Positions 52,083 to 62,225 of a DNA stretch of 64,000 nucleotides are shown one piece after another (positions within the stretch are counted from its first letter, which is position 1; each line of letters opens with the position of its first letter). A program made the translations under genes and the position numbers. The notes under the pieces are model-generated. The model saw only the letters and a program-made list of their open reading frames with translations. It ran no database searches and was not told where the DNA came from. Origin of the DNA: an uncultured Gemmatimonadales bacterium. Its GTDB lineage: Bacteria; Gemmatimonadota; Gemmatimonadetes; Gemmatimonadales; GWC2-71-9. The stretch is taken from NCBI GenBank assembly GCA_963842945.1, contig CAWJIM010000019.1, forward strand, positions 384,001 through 448,000. Direction: 5' to 3'.

Positions 52083-52319
52083 TGGCGATTCTCCTTTCAG
52101 CGCCGGTATCGGCTGAGTGCGGATGCGAGATCTATCAGGTGTGCCCCTGTTCTGCAGGTTTGTCAAGCATGGGCGTGCTGGGTTCTGGGTCACATCATCA
52201 GAGAGAGTGAAGCCCTAGGTTTGCGCCTCGTTTGTGGTGCCTACCGATCAAGGTCTCGGTGCTGCTCCCGAGGCCTTTTCTGTTCTAGCGTACGCCATTT
52301 AAGAGAAAGAGCCATTCTT

Positions 52320-53264
52320 GTGATTACCCGCTTTGATAAGCTCCAGACGGAGCTTCCCCATCCGAAGAATCCTTCTCCCAACTCGGCCGCGGCAGTTCAG
52401 GAGCTCCTGGGCGGCAAGTTCGGTGAGATGTCTACCTTCATGAACTACACGTTCCAGTCGTTCAATTTCCGGGGTCGCAACGAAATGCGCCCGTTCTACG
52501 ACCTCATCGCCAACATCGCTGCGGAGGAGTTTGGCCACATCGAGCTGGTGTCCTACGCAATCAACCTGTTGCTGACCGGGACGACCGAGCGGGGCGACGA
52601 CCCCAGCGCGACTCCACTCGAGTCGGCGGCCGATGCCCGGAACACCTACCACTTCCTGGCGAGTGGACAGCAGGCGTTGCCGATGGACTCCCAGGGGAAC
52701 TTCTGGACCGGCGCCAACGTGTTCTCCAGCGGGAATCTGAAGCTGGACCTGCTGCACAACTTCTTTCTCGAGTGCGGGGCCCGGGCCGGCAAGATCCGGG
52801 TCTACGAGACGGTGGACGATCCCACCGCTCGCGCCTGCGTCGGGTTCCTCCTGGTCCGGGGCGGGGTGCACATCGTGGCCTACGCCAAGGCACTGGAGAA
52901 GCTCACCGGGGTGGATGTGGGCAAGCTGCTTCCCATCCCCGACATCAGCAACAAGCGTTTCCCCGAGGCGGCCAAGCACGAGGCTCGCGGCCTGCACCGC
53001 ATTCTCTACCAGTTCAGCCCGCAGGACTATCCTCGGGCCAGCGAGATCTGGAACGGCGCTCATCCCGAGGACGGGAGTGAGTTGAAGGTTCAAGTCGGGG
53101 CGCCGGAGGGATTCAATCCCCCAGAACTGGAAGCCGAGCCCCAGCTCACCGCTCCAGTGGGCCCGGACATCGATCCTGAAATGTTTAAGGATGTGGCCGA
53201 GCGAATCTTTCCTGAGTTGAGCCCGCGGAAGCGGACGCGGCGGGAAAAGGTACCCTCCCGCTAG
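52320..53264 (+). CDS. manganese catalase family protein
   Basis: QELLGGKFGEM, EEFGHIE, SGNL..DL..N...E, RGGVH. Confidence 0.92.
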   Translation: MITRFDKLQTELPHPKNPSPNSAAAVQELLGGKFGEMSTFMNYTFQSFNFRGRNEMRPFYDLIANIAAEEFGHIELVSYAINLLLTGTTERGDDPSATPLESAADARNTYHFLASGQQALPMDSQGNFWTGANVFSSGNLKLDLLHNFFLECGARAGKIRVYETVDDPTARACVGFLLVRGGVHIVAYAKALEKLTGVDVGKLLPIPDISNKRFPEAAKHEARGLHRILYQFSPQDYPRASEIWNGAHPEDGSELKVQVGAPEGFNPPELEAEPQLTAPVGPDIDPEMFKDVAERIFPELSPRKRTRREKVPSR

Positions 53265-53446
53265 GCTGGACATTCCAACCATCGGGGGCGGGCATCGGCC
53301 CGCTCCCGGCAGGTTGCCCCGTTGGCCGACCTACTCCAACCTGTAGACCTCGGCAGCACTGATGGCGCAGATTCCACCCTGGCATTCCATTCGCCAACGC
53401 GATGGGAACGTCTTCCATGACGAGACCGGGTGCTACTGAGGCGGGA

Positions 53447-55745
53447 TCAGGCCAAGTTCATTTCTCGAAGCAGCGCATTAAACCGGGGGTGCCCCCGCAG
53501 TGAGGTGAAGAGGAACGATCCTTTCACCCCGAAGATCGCCGCCGGCCCGCTCCCGGTAGGCCCGCTCCAGCCAGTCCATCGCCCGCTCTTTGTCTCCCAG
53601 CCCGGTATGGACATACGCCATATGATAGGGCGAGACGTACCGTTGGCTCGAAAGCTCTTCCAGCCGCCGCAGCACGGCTCGGCCCTCATCGGTCCGCCCC
53701 ACCATCCCATATGCCTGCCCCACCTGCGCGAGGTACAGGGTGTTCTCCGGCGACAGGGCGAGTGCCTTTCTCCAGACGTGGCTACCCCCTGATCGGTCTT
53801 ACCGGTCAGCAGCTACACCCAGCCGAGCGTCGAGGTGCGCCAGCGGCAGATGGGGCTCAACCTCCAGGACGCGGGTCACGCCTCGCAAGGCTTCCTCGTA
53901 GCGGCCGGCGCGCAGGTAGGTGGTCACCAGATCCATACGGTGGGCCAGCGGATCGAGCTCGTGGGCCCGCCGCTGCATCTCGAGCGCCTCGTCGTAGCGC
54001 TCGAGCGACGGACAGCATGAGCCCGTAGATGTCGTAGGCTTCGCCGCTGTTCGGGATTCAACTCGATCGCCCGCTTGAGCTCCTGCTCCGCCCCGATCCA
54101 GTCGTAATCGCAGGCGTACTTGAGGTGTCCCAAGGATGGCATGGGCCTCGGCAAGGTTAGGGTCCAGCTCGAGCGCCCGCGCGACCGCCGGCTTTGGCCC
54201 GCCGGAACGCCTCCTCCGAGGGGAGTGAACCCATGCCACCCCGATGGCCATGTCGATGTAGGCCTTGGCCATGGTGGCGTGGGCCAGAGCGTAGTCCGGG
54301 TCCCGGGCAAGCGCCTCCTCGAGATATTTCAGTCGCCTGGTCCATGCCCTGCCTGAGTCCAGCGGAGGACGCAGTGCCGGCCCTGGAGGAAAGAGCTGAT
54401 AGGCCTCGACGTCGTCGGGTGGGCTTCTTCCGGATCCGACGCCGCTCCTCGGGTGAGAGCTTTGCCTCCAGCGCCGCCGCGATCTGGAGCGCGACATCGG
54501 TCTGAATGGCGAAGATGTCGGTCAGCTCGCGGTCGTAGGTCTCGGCCCAGAGATGCCGGTCCGTTTCCGCATCGATCAGGGTGCGCAACGATCCGAACCC
54601 GGCTCCCGGCCCGCCGCACGCTTCCATCGAGCAGCGCTGGCACGTTCAGGGTAGGCCGCGATCTCTCGCAGGCTCTGCTCCCGTTTCTTGAACGGCATCA
54701 CCGAAGCCCGCGAGATCACCTTGAGCGAGCGGATCCGGGACAGGTGGGCGATCACGTCCTCGGTGATCCCATCGGCAAAGAACTCGTTCTCGGGGTCGGC
54801 GCTCATATTGAGGAAGGGGAGCACCGCGACCGAGGGCGACCGATCGGTCCGATCGGCGCTGGCCGGGGCGGCGAGGGCCTCGGCGAATGCAGCGGCAGTC
54901 TGGTAAAACGGTGGGCCGGATCGACTGCCAGGGCCCGCGCGATGGCCTGCTCCACGCCGGTCGAGACCGTCGGACGGCAGGCGGCGTACCCGAGGCGGCT
55001 GGCTCGGTGAACCGCTTGGCCATGACCGCCATGGCGGAGGCACCCTGGTGCGGCGGCTCGCCAGCGAGCAGCTCGTAGAGCACGCATCCGAGACTGTAAA
55101 CGTCACTCCGGCCGTCGAGAGCCCGCTCGCCGGCGGCTTGTTCCGGACTCATGTACTCGGCGGTACCGAGCGTCATGCCGGTACCGGTGAGTCTCGACTC
55201 CCCGCTCACTCCGTCCCCTGCTGCCTCCGCTGCCCAGCTGACCCGCTGTCAGCAGCAGCAATCCCGAAGTCGGTCACCATCGCGTCACCTTCATGAAGGA
55301 GGATGTTCTCGGGCTTGATGTCACGGTGGATCAGGCCGTGGCCATGGGCGTGTTCCAGGGCGGACGGCGACCTGGCGCACGAGACTGATCGCCTCGTCGA
55401 TCGGGAGCTGTCTTTCCCGGGAGAGCTTGTGTCGCAGGGACTCACCGCGCGACGTAGGGCATCGAACATAGAAGAGGAGTCCGTCCACCTCGCCAGAGTC
55501 GTGTCAAGCGGCAGGATATGGGGATGAGTAGAGCCCGGCGGCGATGCGGATCTCGCGGGTGAATCGTTCGGGGCCGAGCAACGAGGCCGAGCTCGGGCCG
55601 GAGCACTTTGATCGCCACCTTGCGGCGGTGCTTCAGGTCGTGGGCCAGGTACACGGTAGACATGCCCACCGCGGCCGAGCTCGCGCTCGACGGTATAGCG
55701 GCCGGTGAGGCCGGCTCCGAGTTGGCCCAGCTGAGCTGACGTCAT
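53447..55745 (-). pseudogene. Ser/Thr protein kinase with TolB-like and TPR domains; many frameshifts
   Basis: [45 protein letters not shown] fragments, LR.HPRF.ALL; could be an intact gene obscured by errors. Confidence 0.8.
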
Positions 55746-55822
55746 CCGGGCAGAGGTAGCTGCATAGATCTCAATTGTGCGCCGGTGCGGGTTTGGAGGG
55801 CAACCTTCGGTCATCATGGAGG

Positions 55823-56112
55823 CCTAGCGCAATCGGCTGATGGTGGGTGCGGCTGGGATTCCCCGCATGTTTCGAGCACACGAAACAACAACGGCGGATT
55901 CCATGACCGACAACAGAACTTCACTCGCAATTCTCTCCGACCAGCTGGCGGACGCCGCGGCGAGCGCCGGCGAGTCCATCGTTGCAGTGCACGCGCGCCC
56001 TCGATTGCCCTCCACCGGCATTCACTGCGCAGGACGGCGTGGCGGTCGACCACCGACGGCACCGTCCGCCGCGACAGCGACATCACCGTCACCCTTCCTG
56101 ATCGACGAAAGC
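55823..56112 (+). repeat. direct repeat copy 1 (upstream region plus truncated 5' end of the S1C gene, ATG 55903)
   Basis: About 290 bp nearly identical to 57104-57389. Confidence 0.9.
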
Positions 56113-56455
56113 AGGAGTTGAGCCGGCTGCCGCACCTTCTTCCACTCTGAGCGTCGGGACTTAAGCAGTCCGCCTGGCGCATCGATCCTGCCGGTAGCAC
56201 ATTCGGAATACTTCCCCAAGGACGGTTCACATCTCTGATGCGCCGGCCGCGCCGGCCAGCGCCCTTCACGACCGGTACGTACTCGAGCGTGAGCTGGGTC
56301 AGGGCGGGATGGCCACGGTCGCTTCCTGCGTGAGATCCAGATCGCCGCACGCCTGCAGCACCCCCAAATAGACAGTGTTTCCGCCAGAAGTTGGCTTGAC
56401 TCTGTCTTGACCCGCGGGCCGAAGGTTAGGTCTGACTCACCACCAGGAGCGCCCT

Positions 56456-57082
56456 ATGCATCCCCTTTCGAAGTATTCAGTGGCGACCCGCCTCACAGTA
56501 GTCGCTGTCGGTCTGGCCGGAATGCTCGCCTGTGGATCGGACGAGTCCACAACCGCACCGGAGAACTCAGCCGCCGACGTACAGAGCAGCAGTGCTCGCG
56601 TCACCGTATCCCTCGCGCCGAGGATCGACGGCTCAGTGGAAGACGGCAACCTCGCCATAGACAACTCGGTGGTCCAGACGCTCCATGTTCCCTCCTTTGA
56701 AGACCGGGGAATCATCGAGTTCGACCTGCGGCAGTTCTCCGGACCGGTGTACCGGGCCACGCTCCGGCTCACCGTCTATGCCAGCAACGGGCCGTATCCG
56801 TTCCGAGTCGACCTGTATGGGTATCGGGGAAATGGAAAGCTCGAGGCCAACGACTGGGATAGGGGTACGTTGATTACGTCGTTCCCATACGCGGGCGAAG
56901 CTAAGGTCGTTCTGGACGTCACAGCGAAGGTCCAGGCGATCAAAGCTGCCGGCGCCAACTACGCCGGCTTCAACTTCCGGACCGAGCCTTCTGATATCGA
57001 TCTCAATGGCCCGTTCGTGGCATTCCACTCCAACGAGTATCCGCCGCGAGCGGTGCTGAATATCCGGACGAACGCACCCTGA
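56456..57082 (+). CDS. hypothetical lipoprotein (DNRLRE/CBM-like beta sandwich)
   Basis: AGGAG RBS; lipobox MLAC; RGIIEFDL, ATLRL, LDVT..V pattern. Confidence 0.75.
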   Translation: MHPLSKYSVATRLTVVAVGLAGMLACGSDESTTAPENSAADVQSSSARVTVSLAPRIDGSVEDGNLAIDNSVVQTLHVPSFEDRGIIEFDLRQFSGPVYRATLRLTVYASNGPYPFRVDLYGYRGNGKLEANDWDRGTLITSFPYAGEAKVVLDVTAKVQAIKAAGANYAGFNFRTEPSDIDLNGPFVAFHSNEYPPRAVLNIRTNAP

Positions 57083-57103
57083 ATCGCCTGTTGCGCACAC
57101 CGA

Positions 57104-57389
57104 CCTAGCCAATCGGCGGATGGTGGGTGCACCTGGGATCCCTGCATGTTTCGAGCTTACGAAACAACAACGGCGGATTCCATGACCGACAACAGAACTT
57201 CACTCGCAATTCTCTCCGATCAGCTGGCGGACGCCGCGGCGAGCGCCGGCGAGTCCATCGTCGCGGTTCACGCGCGGCCCCGATTGCCCTCCACCGGGAT
57301 CCACTGGCAGGACGGCGTCGTGGTCACCACCGACGGCACCGTCCGCCGCGACAGCGACATCACCGTCACCCTCCCTGATGGACGAAAGC
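57104..57389 (+). repeat. direct repeat copy 2
   Basis: Matches 55823-56112. Confidence 0.9.
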
Positions 57390-58109
57390 TGCCGGCGACT
57401 CTGGCCGGGCGCGACCGGCGCACCGACCTCGCCGTGCTCAGGGTTGCCGCCGGCTCCCTGCCGACTGCTCGCCTGGGCGACCCGGCGTCACTCAAGCCCG
57501 GCCATCTGGTGCTGGCGCTGGCGCGACTGGGCGAAGGCGGCCCTCGAGTTTCCTTTGGCGCAGTCAGCGCTATCGGCGGACGCTGGCGCTGCTGGAAGGG
57601 CGGCGAGCTCGACCGGCTGCTGCAGTCGAATCTCACGCTCTATCCCGGCTTCGGCGGTGGCCCGCTGGTGGACGCGACGGGGCAGATTCATGGCATCAAT
57701 TCAGGCGGCTTGAGCCGGGCGTTCGCCACCACCATTCCGGTGGAGACGGTGAACCGGACCGTGCGGCAGCTGCTCGAGCGCGGCTACGTTGCTCGGGGCT
57801 GGCTCGGCGCCGCGATGCAGCCGGTGCGCTTCAACCCGGCGGCCCAGCGGCGGCTCGGGTCTCGAGAGCGACAGCGGTCTGGTGATCCTGTCGGTCGAGC
57901 CCGACGGGCCCGCGGCGTCCGCCGGACTTCTGGTGGGCGATGTGATCGTGAAGCTGGGCGGACGGCCGATCGAGGACGTCGAAGACCTGGTCGATGCGCT
58001 CGGCGCCGCCGATGTGGTGGGACGGACATTCAAGCTCGACCTGGTGCGCGGCGGCGAGCTAACTCAGGCCGACGTGCTGATCGGGGAGCGGCCGCGGCGG
58101 AGCGCGTGA
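57182..58109 (+). CDS. S1C/trypsin-like domain plus PDZ protein, catalytic motifs degenerate (frameshift near 57860)
   Basis: GRD..TDLAVL, LYPGFGGGPL, PDZ GPA..AGL..GDVI. Confidence 0.82.
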
Positions 58110-58683
58110 TAACCAGCTTTCTCAATGGCCCAGCCGAGCGGCTCCGCTCCAGCGTGGCGCAGATCGTCACTGGAACCAACGGAACCGGCGGCATCGGTGC
58201 GGCCATCGCCTGGACCGATGGCGGGCTGTTCGTCACCAATGCGCACGTGATCCGCTCGCCCCGGATGACCTGGTTACGCCGGACGGCCGGCGGGTTCCAG
58301 GTGAGCTGGTCTGGCAGGAGCGGCGGCGCGATGTCGCCCTGGTGAGGGCGCCGGAGGCCGCGATGCCGCCGGTCCGGACCGCGGATCCTTCGGCCATGCG
58401 TCCGGGTTCATTGGTAATGGCGATCGGGCATCCATTCGGACTGGTGGACGCGGTCAGCACCGGAGTGCTGCAATCGGTAGGCGAGCTGCCGCTGGAGCTG
58501 GACTTCGAGGGCGGCAGGCTGCGCTGGGTTCAGGCCGACGTGCGGCTGGGTCCCGGCAATTCGGGTGGTCCGCTGGCCGACGCGGACGGACGGGTCATCG
58601 GGGTGGCGGCAATGATCGTGGCGGGGATGGCGCTGGCGGTGCCGGCCCCGGAGGTGGAGGCGCTCTTAGCGAGCAGCGGGTGA
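58106..58683 (+). CDS. trypsin-like serine protease without PDZ (frameshift near 58275)
   Basis: TNAHV, RDVAL, AIGHPFG, PGNSGGPL; GTGA coupling. Confidence 0.82.
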
Positions 58684-59055
58684 AGATTCGAGCGTTCGTG
58701 GCGGTGCGGGATCCGGCGGTCCGGCGCACTCTCGTCACCGCACTGAAAAGAGATCGCGACATCGTCCTGGTGCCGGTCCCGGAGGAAGCCGACGTGGTGG
58801 TGGACGAGGCGGCGGTTCGGGCCGGTGCCAGACTGGATGGTGCCGAGGAAGGGCGATGGAGCGCTGACCCGGCGGGAGCTGAGCGTGCTCCGGCTGGTGG
58901 CGCACGGTCTGGGCAACAAGGAGATCGCGAGCGAGCTCGGCATCTCCACGCACACGGTCAAGTATCATCTGGCGTCGCTGCTGGCCAAGCTGGGCGTGCA
59001 CTCGCGGACCGAGGCCGTCACCATCGGGCTGCGCAAAGGGCTGGTGCCGTTATAA
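58680..59055 (+). CDS. LuxR-family HTH regulator (frameshift near 58855)
   Basis: LTRRELSVL..VAHGLGNKEIA.ELGIS.HTVK.H. Confidence 0.85.
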
Positions 59056-59067
59056 AGGAGTCAAACT

Positions 59068-59388
59068 ATGGCTTTCTATCTCGTCTCCGCTCGTCCCGTC
59101 GCCCATCGCCTGGAGGAGCTGGAGGCTAAGCTGAACCAGTACGCGTTCCTGGACCTCCGGCCTTTCGGCCGCGCGCTCACCGCGTCGCTCGAGGGAGCCC
59201 GGCAGCTGCCGGACGGAACCGCGGTGTGGGAGGAGGAGGACTACTGCCGGCCACCCCTGGCGCAGGAACGGGCAGCGGTGCTGGACCGGTACTTCGAGGA
59301 GATCTCGGTGGAGCCGGTCGCGCAGGGTCGAGGTTGGGAAGGGATCGAGGAGCTGCCGCTGCTGTTTCCCGCGCTGGCCCGGTCTTAG
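59068..59388 (+). CDS. hypothetical protein
   Basis: AAGGAG RBS; PFG, WEEEDYCRPPLAQERAAVLD.YF motif. Confidence 0.75.
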   Translation: MAFYLVSARPVAHRLEELEAKLNQYAFLDLRPFGRALTASLEGARQLPDGTAVWEEEDYCRPPLAQERAAVLDRYFEEISVEPVAQGRGWEGIEELPLLFPALARS

Positions 59389-59421
59389 GAGCACGAAGAC
59401 CCAAGAGAGGCTAGAACCAGA

Positions 59422-61318
59422 CTACCGATAACCCGCTGCTTGCAGCTGGAATAACTCTGAGTACAGGCCACCGAGGCTCAGCAATGCCTCGTGAGTTCCT
59501 TGTTCCACCAGCTCTCCTCCCTTGAGCACCAATATTCGGTCCGCCATTCTCACTGTGGAGAACCGGTGCGAGATGAGCACCGCCATCCTTCCTTTAGTAA
59601 GCTCCGAGAACCGGAGGAACACCTCGTACTCCGCCCGGGCATCCAGCGCCGCCGTCGGCTCGTCCAGGATCAAGAGCTGCGCGTCCCGCATATAAGCCCG
59701 GGCCAGGGCCACTTTCTGCCACTCACCGCCCGAGAGATCCACGCCGCCTTCGAACCGCTTACCCAGCATCTGCTCGAACCCGCCGGTGACCCGCTGGACC
59801 ACCGAATCCGCCAGGCTCCGCTCGGCCGCGCTCCTGATCGCCGGCTGGTCCTCGATTCGGCCGATGTTGCCTACCGCGATGTTTTCCTTCAATAGAAAGT
59901 CGTAGCGAACGAAGTCCTGGAAGATGACGCCGATGTTCCGCCGGAGACTGTCGAGGTCGTAGTCCCGGAGATCGACCCCGTCCAGCAGAATCCGGCCCTC
60001 GTCGGGGTCGTAGAGACGAGCCAGCAGCTTGACCAGCGTAGTCTTGCCCGCCCCGTTCTCCCCCACCAGCGCGATCCGCTCGCCCGGCGCCAGCGAGAAG
60101 TCGAGCCCCCGCACCGCCCACCGCTCCGATCCGGGATACCTGAAGCCCACACCTTCGAAGGCGAAGCCGGTCCGGATCGGGACCGGCACCGGCTTGGCGC
60201 CCGGCTTGAGCCTGATGCTGGGCTCGATCTCCAGAAAGCTGAACAGGTCTTCCAGGTAGAGGCTCTGCTCGAACACCTGGCCAGCGAGAGCAGCACCCGC
60301 TGGATGAGATCGCGGCTCTGGCGAAAGGAGCCCGGCCAGGAAGGTGAGCACTCCGATGGTGAAGACGCCGGCGCGCGATTCGTAACCCGTGACTGTCAGA
60401 TAGATGATGACGGCGTACGCGCCGTAGTAGCCCAGCGTCCCCACCGACGGCCAGCAGCGTGGAGATGAGGCTCCGCCGCACCGCCAGCGCCTTGTTGGCC
60501 TCGTAGAACTCCTGCGACAGCCGGTCGTACCGGCCCACCAGGAAATCGGAGAGCCCGAAGAGCTTGAGCTCCTTGGCCGAGATGTCGCTGGCGCCGATGT
60601 AGCGGAGGTAGTCGAGCGTGCGCCGCTCGGGAGTCCAGCTGTAGAGGAGCGAATAGCCGAGCGAGGCGAAGTGGGTCTCGCCCAGCAGCGAAGGCAGCAC
60701 CGCCACCACCAGCAGCACCAGAAGCCAGGGGACGTACACCGCGAGCGCGACGCTGAGCGAGACCAGGGTGATCAGGTCCTGCAGTGTCGCCAGCAGCATG
60801 GTGAAGAGCCCGATCCGCCCCACGGTCTGCCGCCGGGCCCGCTCCAGCTTATCGTAGATTTCGGCGTTCTCGAACTGCTCCAGGTCGAGCGTCGCCGCAT
60901 GCTGCATCAGCTGAACGCTGGTGCGATTGGCGAAGAGGTCGCCCAGGAGACTCTCCAGCAGCGCCGACATCCGGCTCAGCCCTTCGCCGACCAGGGCGAT
61001 CGCCAGCTCGATCCCGATCAGGAGGCCGAGCCGGGACCAGGGGATTGGCCCGCCGCTGTTGTGCAGGTTGATCGCGTGGACCACCCCGTCCACGATGAGC
61101 TTCCCGATCCAGAGCACCGCGAGCGGCACCGCCGAGCGGGCGACGCGGAGCAGAAGAATACCGACCACGTAGCGGGGCTCGGTCTCCCACACCATGCGAA
61201 GCAGCTTGGGCAGGTGCCTGAGGGCCTGGAACCGCTCCCGCCAGCCGACGTCGGGGGCGAGCGCGGGCCGGCCTCGGCCGTTTCCTCTTATAACGGGGTG
61301 TCGGAGAGGGAGGGACAT
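59422..61318 (-). CDS. ABC transporter ATP-binding/permease protein (frameshifted)
   Basis: TM domain; GENGAGKTT, LSGGEWQK, LILDEPTAALD, ISHRFST. Confidence 0.9.
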
Positions 61319-61327
61319 GCTATAAAG

Positions 61328-61386
61328 GTAAGCGGTGAGCGGTGAGCGGTAAGGCGGTAAGGCGGTAAGGCGGCAAGGCGATGAGC
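61328..61386. repeat. hepta/octamer array GTRAGCG / GTAAGGCG
   Basis: GTAAGCG GTGAGCG GTGAGCG GTAAGGCG x3 GCAAGGCG. Confidence 0.8.
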
Positions 61387-61449
61387 CTCTAGCCGAGCGC
61401 CGGTACCCGATTAGAATCTCGGCGACCCTCATACCATCCTGGAGACTCC

Positions 61450-62173
61450 ATGGCAGTGAGCGCAGCGGCGGTACGGACCGGAAGGCGGACTCGGCGCTTC
61501 TACGTCGGGATGGCGCTAGCCATGGCCATCACCGTATTCGCTGGATTCTCCCGCAGCTACTTCCTCAAGGGCTGGTACGGCACGCCGGAGCTGAGCCGCC
61601 TGCTCCACCTGCACGGGCTGGTGTTCACCACCTGGGTGCTGTTCTTCCTGTCCCAGACCGCTCTGGTCGCGAGCGGCAGGACCTACCTCCACCGGCGGAT
61701 GGGAATCGCCGGCGCGGTGCTGGCCGTGCTGGTGCTGATCGTGGGAACGACGGTCGCGATCATGCGGGTCAAGAGCGGGAGGGCGTCGCCCATTCCGGGC
61801 GTTTCCCCGCTCGCCTTCCTGGCGATCCCGCTCTTCGACATGGTGGTATTCGCGATTCTGGTGGGTACCGCGCTCTACTTCCGCCGCCGGCTCGAGGCGC
61901 ACAAGCGGCTGATGACGCTCTCGATGATCTCGCTCCTGGCTGCCCCGATCGCGCGGATCGAGCTTCCTGCCCCTGCCGCCCGGTCCGCCGACGTTCTTCG
62001 GCCTGGCCGACCTCTTCATCGGAGCGCTGCTGATCTACGACCTCGTCACCCGCCGGAAGATTCATCCCGCCACGATCTGGGGCGGGCTTCTCATCGTGGC
62101 CTCGCAGCCGCTCCGGCTGGTGATTGCGGGGACGCCGGCGTGGATGGCCTTTGCAGGGTGGATGACGCGGTAA
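61450..62173 (+). CDS. hypothetical integral membrane protein (frameshift near 61960)
   Basis: GF..SY, HLHG...W, Q..L, HRRMG, HKRLM, YD...R.IHPA; about 7 TM helices. Confidence 0.78.
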
Positions 62174-62177
62174 TAAA

Positions 62178-62225
62178 GCGGTGAGCGCTCACCGCTTACC
62201 TAGTTGTCCCCCGCTCACCGCTCAC
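62178..62225. repeat. heptamer array CGCTYAC
   Basis: CGCTCAC CGCTTAC ... CGCTCAC CGCTCAC; contains the DUF885 stop. Confidence 0.7.

Noticed and set aside
51030..52319. Long N-terminal extension of the Mn catalase
   Set aside because: It is the antisense shadow of the BBE oxidase; catalase-like sequence starts at about 52320.
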